Source: Oscillospiraceae bacterium (GTDB lineage Bacteria > Bacillota > Clostridia > Oscillospirales > Ruminococcaceae). Taken from it: a stretch of DNA of 64,000 nucleotides. Both the position numbers and the translations under genes were made by a program. Location of the stretch: NCBI GenBank assembly GCA_045532595.1, contig JAZSGG010000008.1, positions 969-64,968 on the forward strand, given 5' to 3'. Position 1 is the first letter of the stretch. Each line of letters starts with the position of its first letter. Shown here piece after piece: positions 17,694-26,434 of the stretch. Below the pieces are notes generated by a model. That model saw only the letters and a list, made by a program, of their open reading frames with translations. It did not search any database and was not told where the DNA came from.

Positions 17694-18438
17694 AAAATCT
17701 CTCTAACTGTTCCTCACTGCGCCTGTATTCCTTGCCATAATCATCACGGATGAGTATCTTGTGATCCACAAGCTCACGGCGGAGTGTTACGGGATCGCCG
17801 TAGGTGTGCCACTCATTAAGCAGGGCGTTGATCTCCTTTTCAGTGTACACCTTGCCGCTTACGAGCTTCTCAGAAAGATACACGAATGCGTGCAGCTTCA
17901 TCTTTCTTTTTGCAGGTAGAGCGGTAAGTCTGCCCTCATTATCAAGGAAGCTTTTAAGTGCGGCCATGCTCTCCCCGCAGCGTGAAATTCGGCGGTATAT
18001 CCTTGCGGTATCGCCGCATTCCTCGACCGCATCGCAGAAATAGTGGAAGCCGCACTTCTCGTAAAACTCAATGTGGGATGTGAGCAGATATACCGTGTTA
18101 CAGCCGAATGCACTCAGCTCCGCGCTTATATAGTCCATCAGGTACTTTGCAAGACCCTGACCACGGTAGTCCTCCTCGGTGAAAACCGCACAGATATTGG
18201 GAGCAAGATCCTTTCTGTCATGGAAATCGTTCTCGATAACGCCCATGCCGCAGACTATCTTTTCACCATCAAGAATAACGTACCACTGCACTCTGCCCGT
18301 TTTATCTTCAATACATTCCTGCATACTCTCAAGATAAGCTTCGACGGGAACGCCCCATTTCTGATTGAACCAAGCTGCGGCAGTCTCTGCCATCTCTGCA
18401 TGGTCACGTATTTTTATCAATCTGTAATTCTTGTTCAT
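17686..18438 (-). CDS. GNAT acetyltransferase fused to a DUF2087-like domain
   Basis: ENDFHDRKDLAPNICAVFTEEDYRGQGLA; C-terminal GRLTALPAKRKMK...YTEKEINALL..WH...DPVTLRRELVD. Confidence 0.75.
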   Translation of the reverse strand: MNKNYRLIKIRDHAEMAETAAAWFNQKWGVPVEAYLESMQECIEDKTGRVQWYVILDGEKIVCGMGVIENDFHDRKDLAPNICAVFTEEDYRGQGLAKYLMDYISAELSAFGCNTVYLLTSHIEFYEKCGFHYFCDAVEECGDTARIYRRISRCGESMAALKSFLDNEGRLTALPAKRKMKLHAFVYLSEKLVSGKVYTEKEINALLNEWHTYGDPVTLRRELVDHKILIRDDYGKEYRRSEEQLERFYE

Positions 18439-18797
18439 ATATAAATCCTCTGATCCATATTGAATATCAGCTGCCATGCGCTGTCCTGCCATTTCCATGT
18501 GGATGTCACACGGAAAAGTCCGGCAAGATCTGCATTCTCAGCACAGTCTGCTATAGTTCTTACGATATAATGCACCTGAATATGACTATCTGTTTCACAC
18601 AGCACTTCAAACTCGCTTATCTCATAGCCCGAGATCCCATATCCCGCCACAAGCTCAGCATACTGAGTGCCTGTGAGCCTTGCGCCGCCGCAAAGCATCA
18701 CCGCATCAGGTGAAACAAGCTGAGAAAACGCCGCAGCATCGCAGTTCTTCGCTGCCTGCCACATAGCATTTTCAAGTGAAAATATATTTTCTTTCAT
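18435..18797 (-). CDS. DUF4440/NTF2-like protein
   Basis: LENAMWQAA...FSQLVSPDA...RVTSTWKWQDSAWQLIFNM. Confidence 0.7.
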   Translation of the reverse strand: MKENIFSLENAMWQAAKNCDAAAFSQLVSPDAVMLCGGARLTGTQYAELVAGYGISGYEISEFEVLCETDSHIQVHYIVRTIADCAENADLAGLFRVTSTWKWQDSAWQLIFNMDQRIYI

Positions 18798-18801
18798 AAT
18801 A

Positions 18802-20115
18802 TCATTCCTCAATGTCTTTGTCAACAGCGAATTGCGAATGTACCTTTTCCACCTCACTGCGGATATCAAGAAAAACCTCCGCTATCTGAGGATCGAAATC
18901 CTCGCCGCTGCCCTGTCTTATTATATCAAAACACTTATCAAGAGGCATTGCATCACGATAACAGCGCTTCTCAGATACCGCATCGAACACATCCGCAACC
19001 GCCATTATCCTTGCGCACAGCGGAATGTCCGTGCCGCTAAGTCCGTCAGGATATCCCCTGCCGTTCCACTTTTCGTGGTGATATCTTGCGACCTCAAATG
19101 CCATCGTGCGGTAATCCTCATCGCCCATGTTGCGGAAGGTCTCACGGATGATATCGCCGCCCCTTGCCGCATGAGTTTTCATTTCAGTATACTCCTCATC
19201 GGTAAGCTTGCCCGGTTTTCTGAGAACAGCATCAGATACAGCTACCTTGCCGATATCATGCATAGGCGCAGCCTTGCACAGGTGCGTGATATAATCCTTT
19301 GTAAGTACCGAGCTGCAGATATCTCTTGCCCGCAGCTCCTCAGCAATAAGCTCGACATATCTGCTTGTCCGCTTTATGTGACCTCCGGTGTTGTTATCAC
19401 GGTTTTCTATGAGGTTTGCAAATCCCATCACAGTTTCGGTGTGCAGCTTTGAAAGCTCCTGCAGAGCGGGCGCCTCGGTGTTCATATAAACGCCCAGTAT
19501 CATAACGGTAACTGCAACACAGGTAATAAGAGTTTCGGGGAATATCATCTGCACTGTTGTAACTGCTGCAAGCACCAGCAGATATGTGAAGATGCTTGCA
19601 CGCTTATGCCCTGCAATGTAATTCCATCGGCGCAGAAATGTTCCCAGTGTAAGGACGATATACACTGCAGCCATAATAAAGCAGGTGTAAGCCGAAACTC
19701 CCATGGAATAATCAGTGTATGCTCCATCAATATATTCCAACGAATGTATATTGCACACGACCATCACCGCATTTATTGCAAACGGCAGACATATCAGCAT
19801 TTTTCCACGCCTGCTTTCAGGAAATGCGCCTGTAATATGAAGCATATACAGGAACAATGCAAATATAACAAGATCAATGCTCAGAAGGAATAAAGCATGC
19901 AGAATATCGTTGACGACAGTCGGAATAGCCTCACGATGATTCACAGTGAAAGCCGTTGCGCCATCCAGTGTAACGCTTACTATTCCCAGCACCAACAGTC
20001 TGAAGAAGGGTGCGACTCCGATTCCCCTGCGATATATACGGCATTCATTAAGATAGATGAACGCTATGTATATCAGCACCACAAGGCAGCTTGCCTGAAG
20101 CCTGATGTGTTCCAT
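18802..20115 (-). CDS. Membrane HD-GYP c-di-GMP phosphodiesterase
   Basis: Multi-TM N-terminus; RDNNTGGH, HDIGK, HHEKWNGRGYP, AVADVFDA. Confidence 0.9.
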   Translation of the reverse strand: MEHIRLQASCLVVLIYIAFIYLNECRIYRRGIGVAPFFRLLVLGIVSVTLDGATAFTVNHREAIPTVVNDILHALFLLSIDLVIFALFLYMLHITGAFPESRRGKMLICLPFAINAVMVVCNIHSLEYIDGAYTDYSMGVSAYTCFIMAAVYIVLTLGTFLRRWNYIAGHKRASIFTYLLVLAAVTTVQMIFPETLITCVAVTVMILGVYMNTEAPALQELSKLHTETVMGFANLIENRDNNTGGHIKRTSRYVELIAEELRARDICSSVLTKDYITHLCKAAPMHDIGKVAVSDAVLRKPGKLTDEEYTEMKTHAARGGDIIRETFRNMGDEDYRTMAFEVARYHHEKWNGRGYPDGLSGTDIPLCARIMAVADVFDAVSEKRCYRDAMPLDKCFDIIRQGSGEDFDPQIAEVFLDIRSEVEKVHSQFAVDKDIEE

Positions 20116-21605
20116 TACTTCGCCAGCCTTTCAAGCTCCTCAGCCATCTGCTTGATATCACGAACCATGAAGCCGAGAGTCTCGATGCCTGCACTGTTCT
20201 CCTGAATAGCGGCTGCCATGTGCTGAACCGCACCGCAGTTGTTCTCAATATTACCGCTGACTCTTTCCAGCTTATCATTGACTTCGCTGCCCTTTACTGT
20301 AACGCTGTCTATAACTGCATTCATATCTGCAATATTTCTGGATATCTCAGCATTGGAACGGCTTATCTGCTCAGCAGATGCACGCATCTGCTGCATGCTC
20401 TCCATACCCTCACGGGTAAGCTCGAAATTCTTTTCCATGGACGCAACTGTACCTGTGATATTCTCTGTTACCTGTCCGATGATATCGCCTATCTCAGAAG
20501 CTGCCTTCTTTGTCTGCTCAGAAAGGCTCTTTGTCTCGCCTGCTACTACAGAAAATCCCTTGCCTGCCGCACCTGCACGGGCAGCCTCGATAGATGCGTT
20601 TATTGCGAGGATATTCGTCTGCATAGAGATATCCTCAATAACCTTGATGATCCTGATGATCTGCTCAGACTGCTCGGAAAGGCGGGAAATAATTGCCTTA
20701 CTCTCTTCTGTACCCTTGCATATCTCATCCATACTGTTGCTTGCAAGAGCCATTTTTTCGTCATTTTCCGCGGTGATGATATCAGCCTTTTCTGTGAGGG
20801 CTGCAATACTGCGGCTCATATCCGAAAGCGCGTCGAGGTCATCGGAAATAAGGTTCATATTATCCTCAACGTTCTTGATGTGATCAAAATTCGCTTCGCT
20901 GTCCCGCATTACATTTGCGGATTCATCTGCGATGCTGCGGTTGGATTCCGCTTCTGCAGAGGATATCTTATCAAGCTCTGTCACAGTCAGAAGAAGCTTT
21001 CCCGATACCTCGAGAGACTTCTCACGCATGATACGCTGCTGCTCTGCGCCCATCAGGTCGCCGAGCATTGATGTGGTACGCTTGCAGAGCATAGTGAAGA
21101 TGGCAGATATTGCAAACAGTATAAGAGATCTGGGAATTATGCCGAATAAGAGAACATCAGTAACGCTCTCAAAATTGTGATCCACCACATGACCTGCAGA
21201 GAAGCAGGAAAGCTGGCCCATAGATACTCCAACTATTGTGGCAAAAGTAGCTATCAGATTAAGCTTACCTGAAAAATAAAGGCTTGCAATAGCTATAGGA
21301 TATACAAACAGCAGAACAGCGTGCCAGGAAAGATACACCGATACTACCATTGTAAAAACCGTTGCACACACTACGATAACATACTTCACCTACAAGCCGT
21401 CTTTTTTCATAAAATTAACAATGACCGTAGGCACTAACAGCATTACCGCACCTTTTATAAACGCCATTATCATCGTATTCAGATCAATGACAAAGATGCC
21501 CATGATATCAAGCACAACTACCAGTGCATATACAAGCACTGTGATCCTCATCACCTTTGCAGCCGCCTTGTTGGCACTTCTTTCGTTTTCTCTTAATAGC
21601 TCCAT
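20115..21605 (-). pseudogene. Methyl-accepting chemotaxis protein interrupted by one in-frame TAG (21390-21392)
   Basis: ORFs 21390-21605 and 20115-21389 are contiguous and in frame: KKDGL*VKYVIV; MCP signature QTNILAINASIEAARAGAAGKGFSVVAGE. Confidence 0.85.
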
Positions 21606-21706
21606 GATACTGTCCTCCGTTTTTATATTTTTTTGCGGACTATAACACGAAGCCGCTCATTATGTAATGAATGGCTCTGCGTCTAAGCGTCCGGCTCTTT
21701 ACGTTA

Positions 21707-21877
21707 TTATTCTTCAGCGTCTTTTTTCACGCTGATCTTCATATCCTCGGCATTTATCACGCACTCCTGCCTGCATTTCGGGCAGAAAAGCGGCAGATTA
21801 AGTATGACCGTATCCTCTCTCAGCTTGACCCGTGTCTTGCTTCCACAGAAAGGACACAATACCCATGTTTCCTCCAT
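21707..21877 (-). CDS. Cysteine-rich KTR domain protein (56 aa, absent from ORF track)
   Basis: Manual translation MEETWVLCPFCGSKTRVKLREDTVILNLPLFCPKCRQECVINAEDMKISVKKDAEE. Confidence 0.85.
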   Translation of the reverse strand: MEETWVLCPFCGSKTRVKLREDTVILNLPLFCPKCRQECVINAEDMKISVKKDAEE

Positions 21878-21887
21878 AGTAGGATAA

Positions 21888-22322
21888 TCACCTGCGCTTT
21901 ATCAAAACTATCTCAGCATCCGTGCCGTTTTCGCCGTACTCGCTTACCATTAGATATCTGCCGTCAGTTGCAACACCATAACACCTGTCGCTGCCCTCTT
22001 TCCGCAGCTGATTTCCGAGATATACTGCGCCGTCCTCCCACAGCTTTACTGCCTGACCATTCGGGAGTGTATATTCACAATTTATGTAGCCGCCAATGAG
22101 AGCATTAAGCTCTGTAAGCTGCTCCATATCTGCTATGCCGAGGGCGTTGAACTCCGATATAAGCTGCTCTTTAAGCTTACAGACAGCTTCGCAGCCACCT
22201 TTCTTTACACATTCTGCGACCACACATTCACCGCCGAATGGACGACCATCCGTTTCAGCGCAACCCTTACAGCTTTCATTAAGAGTGCAATCTCTGCAAT
22301 CGTATCCGCATAATGAATTCAT
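21888..22322 (-). CDS. DUF3795-like Cys-rich protein
   Basis: MNSLCGYDCRDC..C.GC..TDG.PFGGEC. Confidence 0.7.
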   Translation of the reverse strand: MNSLCGYDCRDCTLNESCKGCAETDGRPFGGECVVAECVKKGGCEAVCKLKEQLISEFNALGIADMEQLTELNALIGGYINCEYTLPNGQAVKLWEDGAVYLGNQLRKEGSDRCYGVATDGRYLMVSEYGENGTDAEIVLIKRR

Positions 22323-22381
22323 AGTTCTCCTCCTTTTATAACACACCTGTTTCACATCTTTTGTTTTGCATCACCTGATTT

Positions 22382-22420
22382 ATTATAGCACATAAAAATG
22401 CCCTTGTCAATAACAAGGGC
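22382..22420 (-). promoter_or_regulatory. SigA promoter whose -35 sits inside the TetR terminator hairpin
   Basis: TTGACA(22410-22405)-17-TATAAT(22387-22382); hairpin GCCCTTGT/ACAAGGGC at 22400-22420. Confidence 0.7.
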
Positions 22421-22426
22421 GAAAAA

Positions 22427-23032
22427 TTATTTCTTTTGAGGTATCGTAGTGCAGTCATTTGCTTTGCCTGACTTTATAAGGGAAAGCATGGAAACGAACT
22501 CACGGCTGAGCATATCCTGCACCTCATCCTGTTCGAAACGGCACATTCCCGAAGCGATCAGCGCACCAACGCCATAGGTATAGATCCAGATATGCTTAAA
22601 CAACAGCATTGCATCCTCATCGCCGAGTCCGTAATCGCTGCGTATTGCATCAACGCATCTCACTGCTACATCACCGAGATTAGCATATACATCATCGAAA
22701 GTCTCTGCTTCAGGCTTTTCGCTCATGAACAGCAGACGATACAGCTTCGGCTGTTCCGCAGAAAACATTATCATCTGCAGTCCGATCTGCTTTACCACAG
22801 GCGAATATGCCTCCGCCTTCTTTGCGTACTCCTCAAATCGTGCAAGAGCAGCCTTGCGCACCTCTGCAAACACCTCATCCATACTATTGAAAACAGTAAA
22901 AATAGGTCTTGCAGAGCTACCCAGTTCTGCACCAAGCTCTCTGGAAGTAAGCGCTTTCAATCCCCTGTCAGCAGCGATCTTCAGAGCTGCTTCAACTATC
23001 TCCTCACGGGTGAATTTCGGTTTAGGCGGCAT
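22427..23032 (-). CDS. TetR/AcrR-family regulator
   Basis: MPPKPKFTREEIVEAAL...LTSRELGAELGSSARPIFTVF. Confidence 0.9.
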   Translation of the reverse strand: MPPKPKFTREEIVEAALKIAADRGLKALTSRELGAELGSSARPIFTVFNSMDEVFAEVRKAALARFEEYAKKAEAYSPVVKQIGLQMIMFSAEQPKLYRLLFMSEKPEAETFDDVYANLGDVAVRCVDAIRSDYGLGDEDAMLLFKHIWIYTYGVGALIASGMCRFEQDEVQDMLSREFVSMLSLIKSGKANDCTTIPQKK

Positions 23033-23072
23033 AACATCCCTCTTTCTGAAACACATGTTTTACATCAACTAT

Positions 23073-23101
23073 ATTTTAGCAGAAGTTTCGCTTCTTGTCA
23101 A
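23073..23101 (-). promoter_or_regulatory. SigA promoter of TetR
   Basis: TTGACA-17-TAAAAT. Confidence 0.7.
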
Positions 23102-23110
23102 GAGGATATA

Positions 23111-24616
23111 TTATTTTACAGCCTCAAGAGCTGACTGAACATCCTCAAGAGTAAGCTCCATAAGCTCATCATCAGTGAGTTCCTCATCGGTAGAAAGCCT
23201 GTCTGCCTGATGGTTGATAGCATGCTCGAAAAGGTTACGGATAGTTCTCGCATTTCCGAAATGCTCATTGCGATTGACGTACATTTCATCCAGCTCCTGC
23301 TTCAGCATCGGCTCTGATTCCTCAGATAGCTTGTAACCATTGGTATTGCAGAAGCGCTGAAGTATCTTCATAAGCTCCTCGCCCTCGTAATCGGGGAAAT
23401 TGAAATACTTATTGAATCTGGAGCGCAGACCCGGGTTGGATTCAATGAACTTGTGCATGAGGTCGTCATAGCCTGCAACGATAACTACCAGCTCGTCACG
23501 GTGATCTTCCATGGCTTTGAGGATGGTCTCGATTGCCTCTTTACCGTAGCTGTCCTCCTTGTCATTTGCAAGGGCGTACGCTTCATCTATAAACAGCACA
23601 CCGCCTATCGCCTGTGCGATGACCTCCTGTGTCTTGATAGCAGTCTGACCCAGATAACCTGCTACAAGGCCGCTTCTGTCAGTCTCCACAAGCTGGCCCT
23701 TAGGAAGAATGCCCATCAGGTGATACAGCTTTGCTATCATACGGGCAACGGTGGTCTTACCTGTACCGGGATTTCCTGTGAATACAAGGTGGTACGACAC
23801 TGTAGGCACCTTCATTCCACGCTCGGTACGAAGCTTTGAAACACGAATGAAGTTCAGCAGGCTCTTTACATCATCCTTTACCTTATCAAGACCGATAAGT
23901 CCGTCAAGCTCTGCGAGAACGCTCTCCAGCGTTTCCTTCTCTTCCTCGGCTTCCTTTACTGTTACGCCGACCTTTTCCTCTGCATGTTCTTCGTCAGGCT
24001 TCTCTGCACCTGCGCCCAGCTTTATCTCATGAGAAAGCTTTAATTTGCCAGAAAGCCAGCTGCCTGTTTCTGAGCCAACCTCGGGCAGCTTCGGAGAATC
24101 TATGTAGCTTCTCTCGTTACGAAGAGTAAGCATCTCACGCATCTTGTCGTAGCCTTCACCAACGGGAATATTACTGCTGTCGCAGTAAGCTGAGAGCATA
24201 TCGCAGATATCCCACAACACGGTTGCCTCGTTTATAGTGAAATCACCGTTTGCGGCTGCCATCATCGCCATAAAAACGCTGAGATAACGCACGGTCTCAC
24301 GGCTGTTATCTGTGCCGTTTTCAGCGTCCTTTGCTACGATATCCCTGAAAAACTGAGGTACTTCTGTCTTTATACCGCCATTGCAGGCGCTTGCCAGAGC
24401 ATCCTTTGCCTGCTGCTCGGTTACCTCCTCACCGCTGACAGTGGTGAGAGTCTCAGCATAGCACTCCGCATAGGAACGGTTACCTGCCCAGATTCTGAGT
24501 GAAACCGCCTTCATCCAGCTGCGAAGCTCCGCAGTACGGTCCTCTCCCAGTACTGAAGTAATAAACTCAGATATCTCAGCCAGTGTTGAAGCTATCTTAT
24601 CATTATAATCATTCAT
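23111..24616 (-). CDS. SpoVK/CbbX-family AAA+ ATPase with an extra N-terminal domain
   Basis: LIGLDKVK, HLVFTGNPGTGKTTVAR, GVLFIDEAY, NPGLRSRF, FGNARTIRN. Confidence 0.88.
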   Translation of the reverse strand: MNDYNDKIASTLAEISEFITSVLGEDRTAELRSWMKAVSLRIWAGNRSYAECYAETLTTVSGEEVTEQQAKDALASACNGGIKTEVPQFFRDIVAKDAENGTDNSRETVRYLSVFMAMMAAANGDFTINEATVLWDICDMLSAYCDSSNIPVGEGYDKMREMLTLRNERSYIDSPKLPEVGSETGSWLSGKLKLSHEIKLGAGAEKPDEEHAEEKVGVTVKEAEEEKETLESVLAELDGLIGLDKVKDDVKSLLNFIRVSKLRTERGMKVPTVSYHLVFTGNPGTGKTTVARMIAKLYHLMGILPKGQLVETDRSGLVAGYLGQTAIKTQEVIAQAIGGVLFIDEAYALANDKEDSYGKEAIETILKAMEDHRDELVVIVAGYDDLMHKFIESNPGLRSRFNKYFNFPDYEGEELMKILQRFCNTNGYKLSEESEPMLKQELDEMYVNRNEHFGNARTIRNLFEHAINHQADRLSTDEELTDDELMELTLEDVQSALEAVK

Positions 24617-24655
24617 GGTATTTCCCTCCGTTATCAATTAATACACGCTGACTTA

Positions 24656-24684
24656 ATTATACTATCAAAGCAAAACCATGTCAA
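24656..24684 (-). promoter_or_regulatory. SigA promoter of the AAA+ ATPase
   Basis: TTGACA-17-TATAAT. Confidence 0.8.
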
Positions 24685-24696
24685 GAGTGAATGTAC

Positions 24697-24731
24697 AAAA
24701 AAGAACACCGCACCCTGAGATGCGGCGTTCT
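24697..24731 (-). terminator. Terminator of solute-binding protein 1
   Basis: AGAACGCCGCA-loop-TGCGGTGTTCT plus T-tract. Confidence 0.75.
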
Positions 24732-24742
24732 GAACGAGCGGA

Positions 24743-26257
24743 TTATTTGTATTCGTCGATGATTGCTTCAACGAGAGGAGCTACCTCATTAACCTTCTGA
24801 GTCCAGGATTCCTCTGCGAAGGAACAGTCGATCTGAGTCTGACAGATGTGCTTCTTCATCTCAGCACCGAAGCCGAACAGATCCTCGATAACGAAGGAGA
24901 ACTTCTCGGGATTCTTCATCTCTACCCAGAGATCATAAAGATCCTCATCCCAGGTGATGCGCCACTTCTGCATACCCTCATACTTACCTGCTGTGTAAGT
25001 GATCTTTGCGGGAGCGATGTGATCGTTTCTTATCTGCTCCTTGATAGCGGAATCGGTCTCATACAGGCGATTGCACATGATGAAATCAATGGCACCTGCC
25101 ATGTTCTTTGCACCCTTGGGAACCATAAAGCCATAGCAACTTGAAGCCTGATAATAAGCATCAGACTGGGGATCTCTGGGGTACGGAACAAATGCAAAAT
25201 CAGATACTGTATCGTGGATATCGTTCTCAACGCCTGTTGGGTTCTGGATGTTCTCGGTGGAAGCGATGTATGTCCACTCGGGCTCAAGACCGAGGAACAG
25301 GATCTTATCACTTACAGAAGCGAACACCTGAGGAGATACCCAGTCGCCGTGGGGATGGCTTGTGGGATAAAGCAGACCGCTTCTGCCCATCTCTGCCATG
25401 AACTCAACAGCTCTTGTAACATCAGGATGCTGCAGGTTGTTGACAATGGTTCCGTCAGGCAGCAGATCAACAACGATAACGCCTGTGGTGTTAACGAATG
25501 CATTTACTGTGTTATCGGTGCAGTAATAACCAATGTGATCGTCAGAGATATTGCAGAAATCCATCATAAGCTGACGCCATGCATCCCAGGTCCACTCGCC
25601 GTTCAGATACATCTCATAGGGATCCTGAAGACCGTTATCTGCAATGGTCCTGCGATTATAGTTCAGCGCATAGCTTGTAACGATCCTGTCGGGGAAATAG
25701 TAGTGCTTTCCCTTGTACTCGAATGCGTCTATGAGGTGTCTCATATCAGCCCAGATGGGGTCGTCAATATTCAGATGATCGTCCAGCGGCTCATACATAT
25801 TCTTACTTACGCCGAAGGGGAACGCCTCCAGCTCGTATGTAAGCAGATCGGGAGAATCATCAGCTGCGATAAGGGTAGCGAGCTTGTCAAAGTAGCCATC
25901 GCCGAAGGATGCGCTGATCCATTCGAGCTTTCCGCCGTATACCTCAGACTGGAAGATAGCTAACTGCTCCTTTGTCTTCTGATCGGGAACAAGGTCGTAA
26001 TAACCCAGATACTTTACTGTGCCTGCGTTACCACTGGGAGTATAGGTACTTGTATCAAGATCCTTGATCTCAGCATCAGTCGCAGCATTTGCGTCAGGAT
26101 CTGTGGTGGTATTAGCACCATTAGTTGTGGAAGTCACTCCGGGACCTCCTGCTGTGGTACCTGCCTGAGATGTAGGAGCCTGCTCATCACAAGCTGTCAT
26201 TCCCAGGATCATTGCCGCTGCAAGACAGCAGCTGAGCACTTTTTTGATTCGGTTCAT
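24743..26257 (-). CDS. Carbohydrate ABC solute-binding lipoprotein, paralogue 1
   Basis: Lipobox MTAC; KLATLIAADDSPDL, YNRRTI..GLQDPYE, FAFVPYP. Confidence 0.85.
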   Translation of the reverse strand: MNRIKKVLSCCLAAAMILGMTACDEQAPTSQAGTTAGGPGVTSTTNGANTTTDPDANAATDAEIKDLDTSTYTPSGNAGTVKYLGYYDLVPDQKTKEQLAIFQSEVYGGKLEWISASFGDGYFDKLATLIAADDSPDLLTYELEAFPFGVSKNMYEPLDDHLNIDDPIWADMRHLIDAFEYKGKHYYFPDRIVTSYALNYNRRTIADNGLQDPYEMYLNGEWTWDAWRQLMMDFCNISDDHIGYYCTDNTVNAFVNTTGVIVVDLLPDGTIVNNLQHPDVTRAVEFMAEMGRSGLLYPTSHPHGDWVSPQVFASVSDKILFLGLEPEWTYIASTENIQNPTGVENDIHDTVSDFAFVPYPRDPQSDAYYQASSCYGFMVPKGAKNMAGAIDFIMCNRLYETDSAIKEQIRNDHIAPAKITYTAGKYEGMQKWRITWDEDLYDLWVEMKNPEKFSFVIEDLFGFGAEMKKHICQTQIDCSFAEESWTQKVNEVAPLVEAIIDEYK

Positions 26258-26386
26258 TTCAGTTCCTCCATTACAATTGCGTAATCGTTTACGCATCACA
26301 AACTTATTATACACTAATTATCCGACAAATGCAATAGGTAAATTCAATTTTTAGCTAAATTAGTTTACAAATTTCCGAAAAACATT

Positions 26387-26412
26387 GCCCCATGGCAATA
26401 CTGTCATGGGGC
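26387..26412 (-). terminator. Hairpin downstream of the flagellin
   Basis: GCCCCATGACA-gtat-TGCCATGGGGC on the minus strand. Confidence 0.65.
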
Positions 26413-26434
26413 TATGAAAATAACTGATGCTTTA

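Noticed and set aside
12478-18797. Integron cassette array
   Set aside because: Genes abut or overlap, leaving no room for attC-like repeats, and no integrase is present
18796-18824. TTGACA-17-TATTAT promoter-like match at the end of the HD-GYP gene
   Set aside because: The -10 hexamer overlaps the ATG of the next gene, so it cannot produce that mRNA; likely coincidental
21390-21392. Amber recoding (pyrrolysine or genetic code 15)
   Set aside because: Only one in-frame TAG; TAG serves as a normal stop elsewhere (PTS gene, rsgA); no pyl genes in the window
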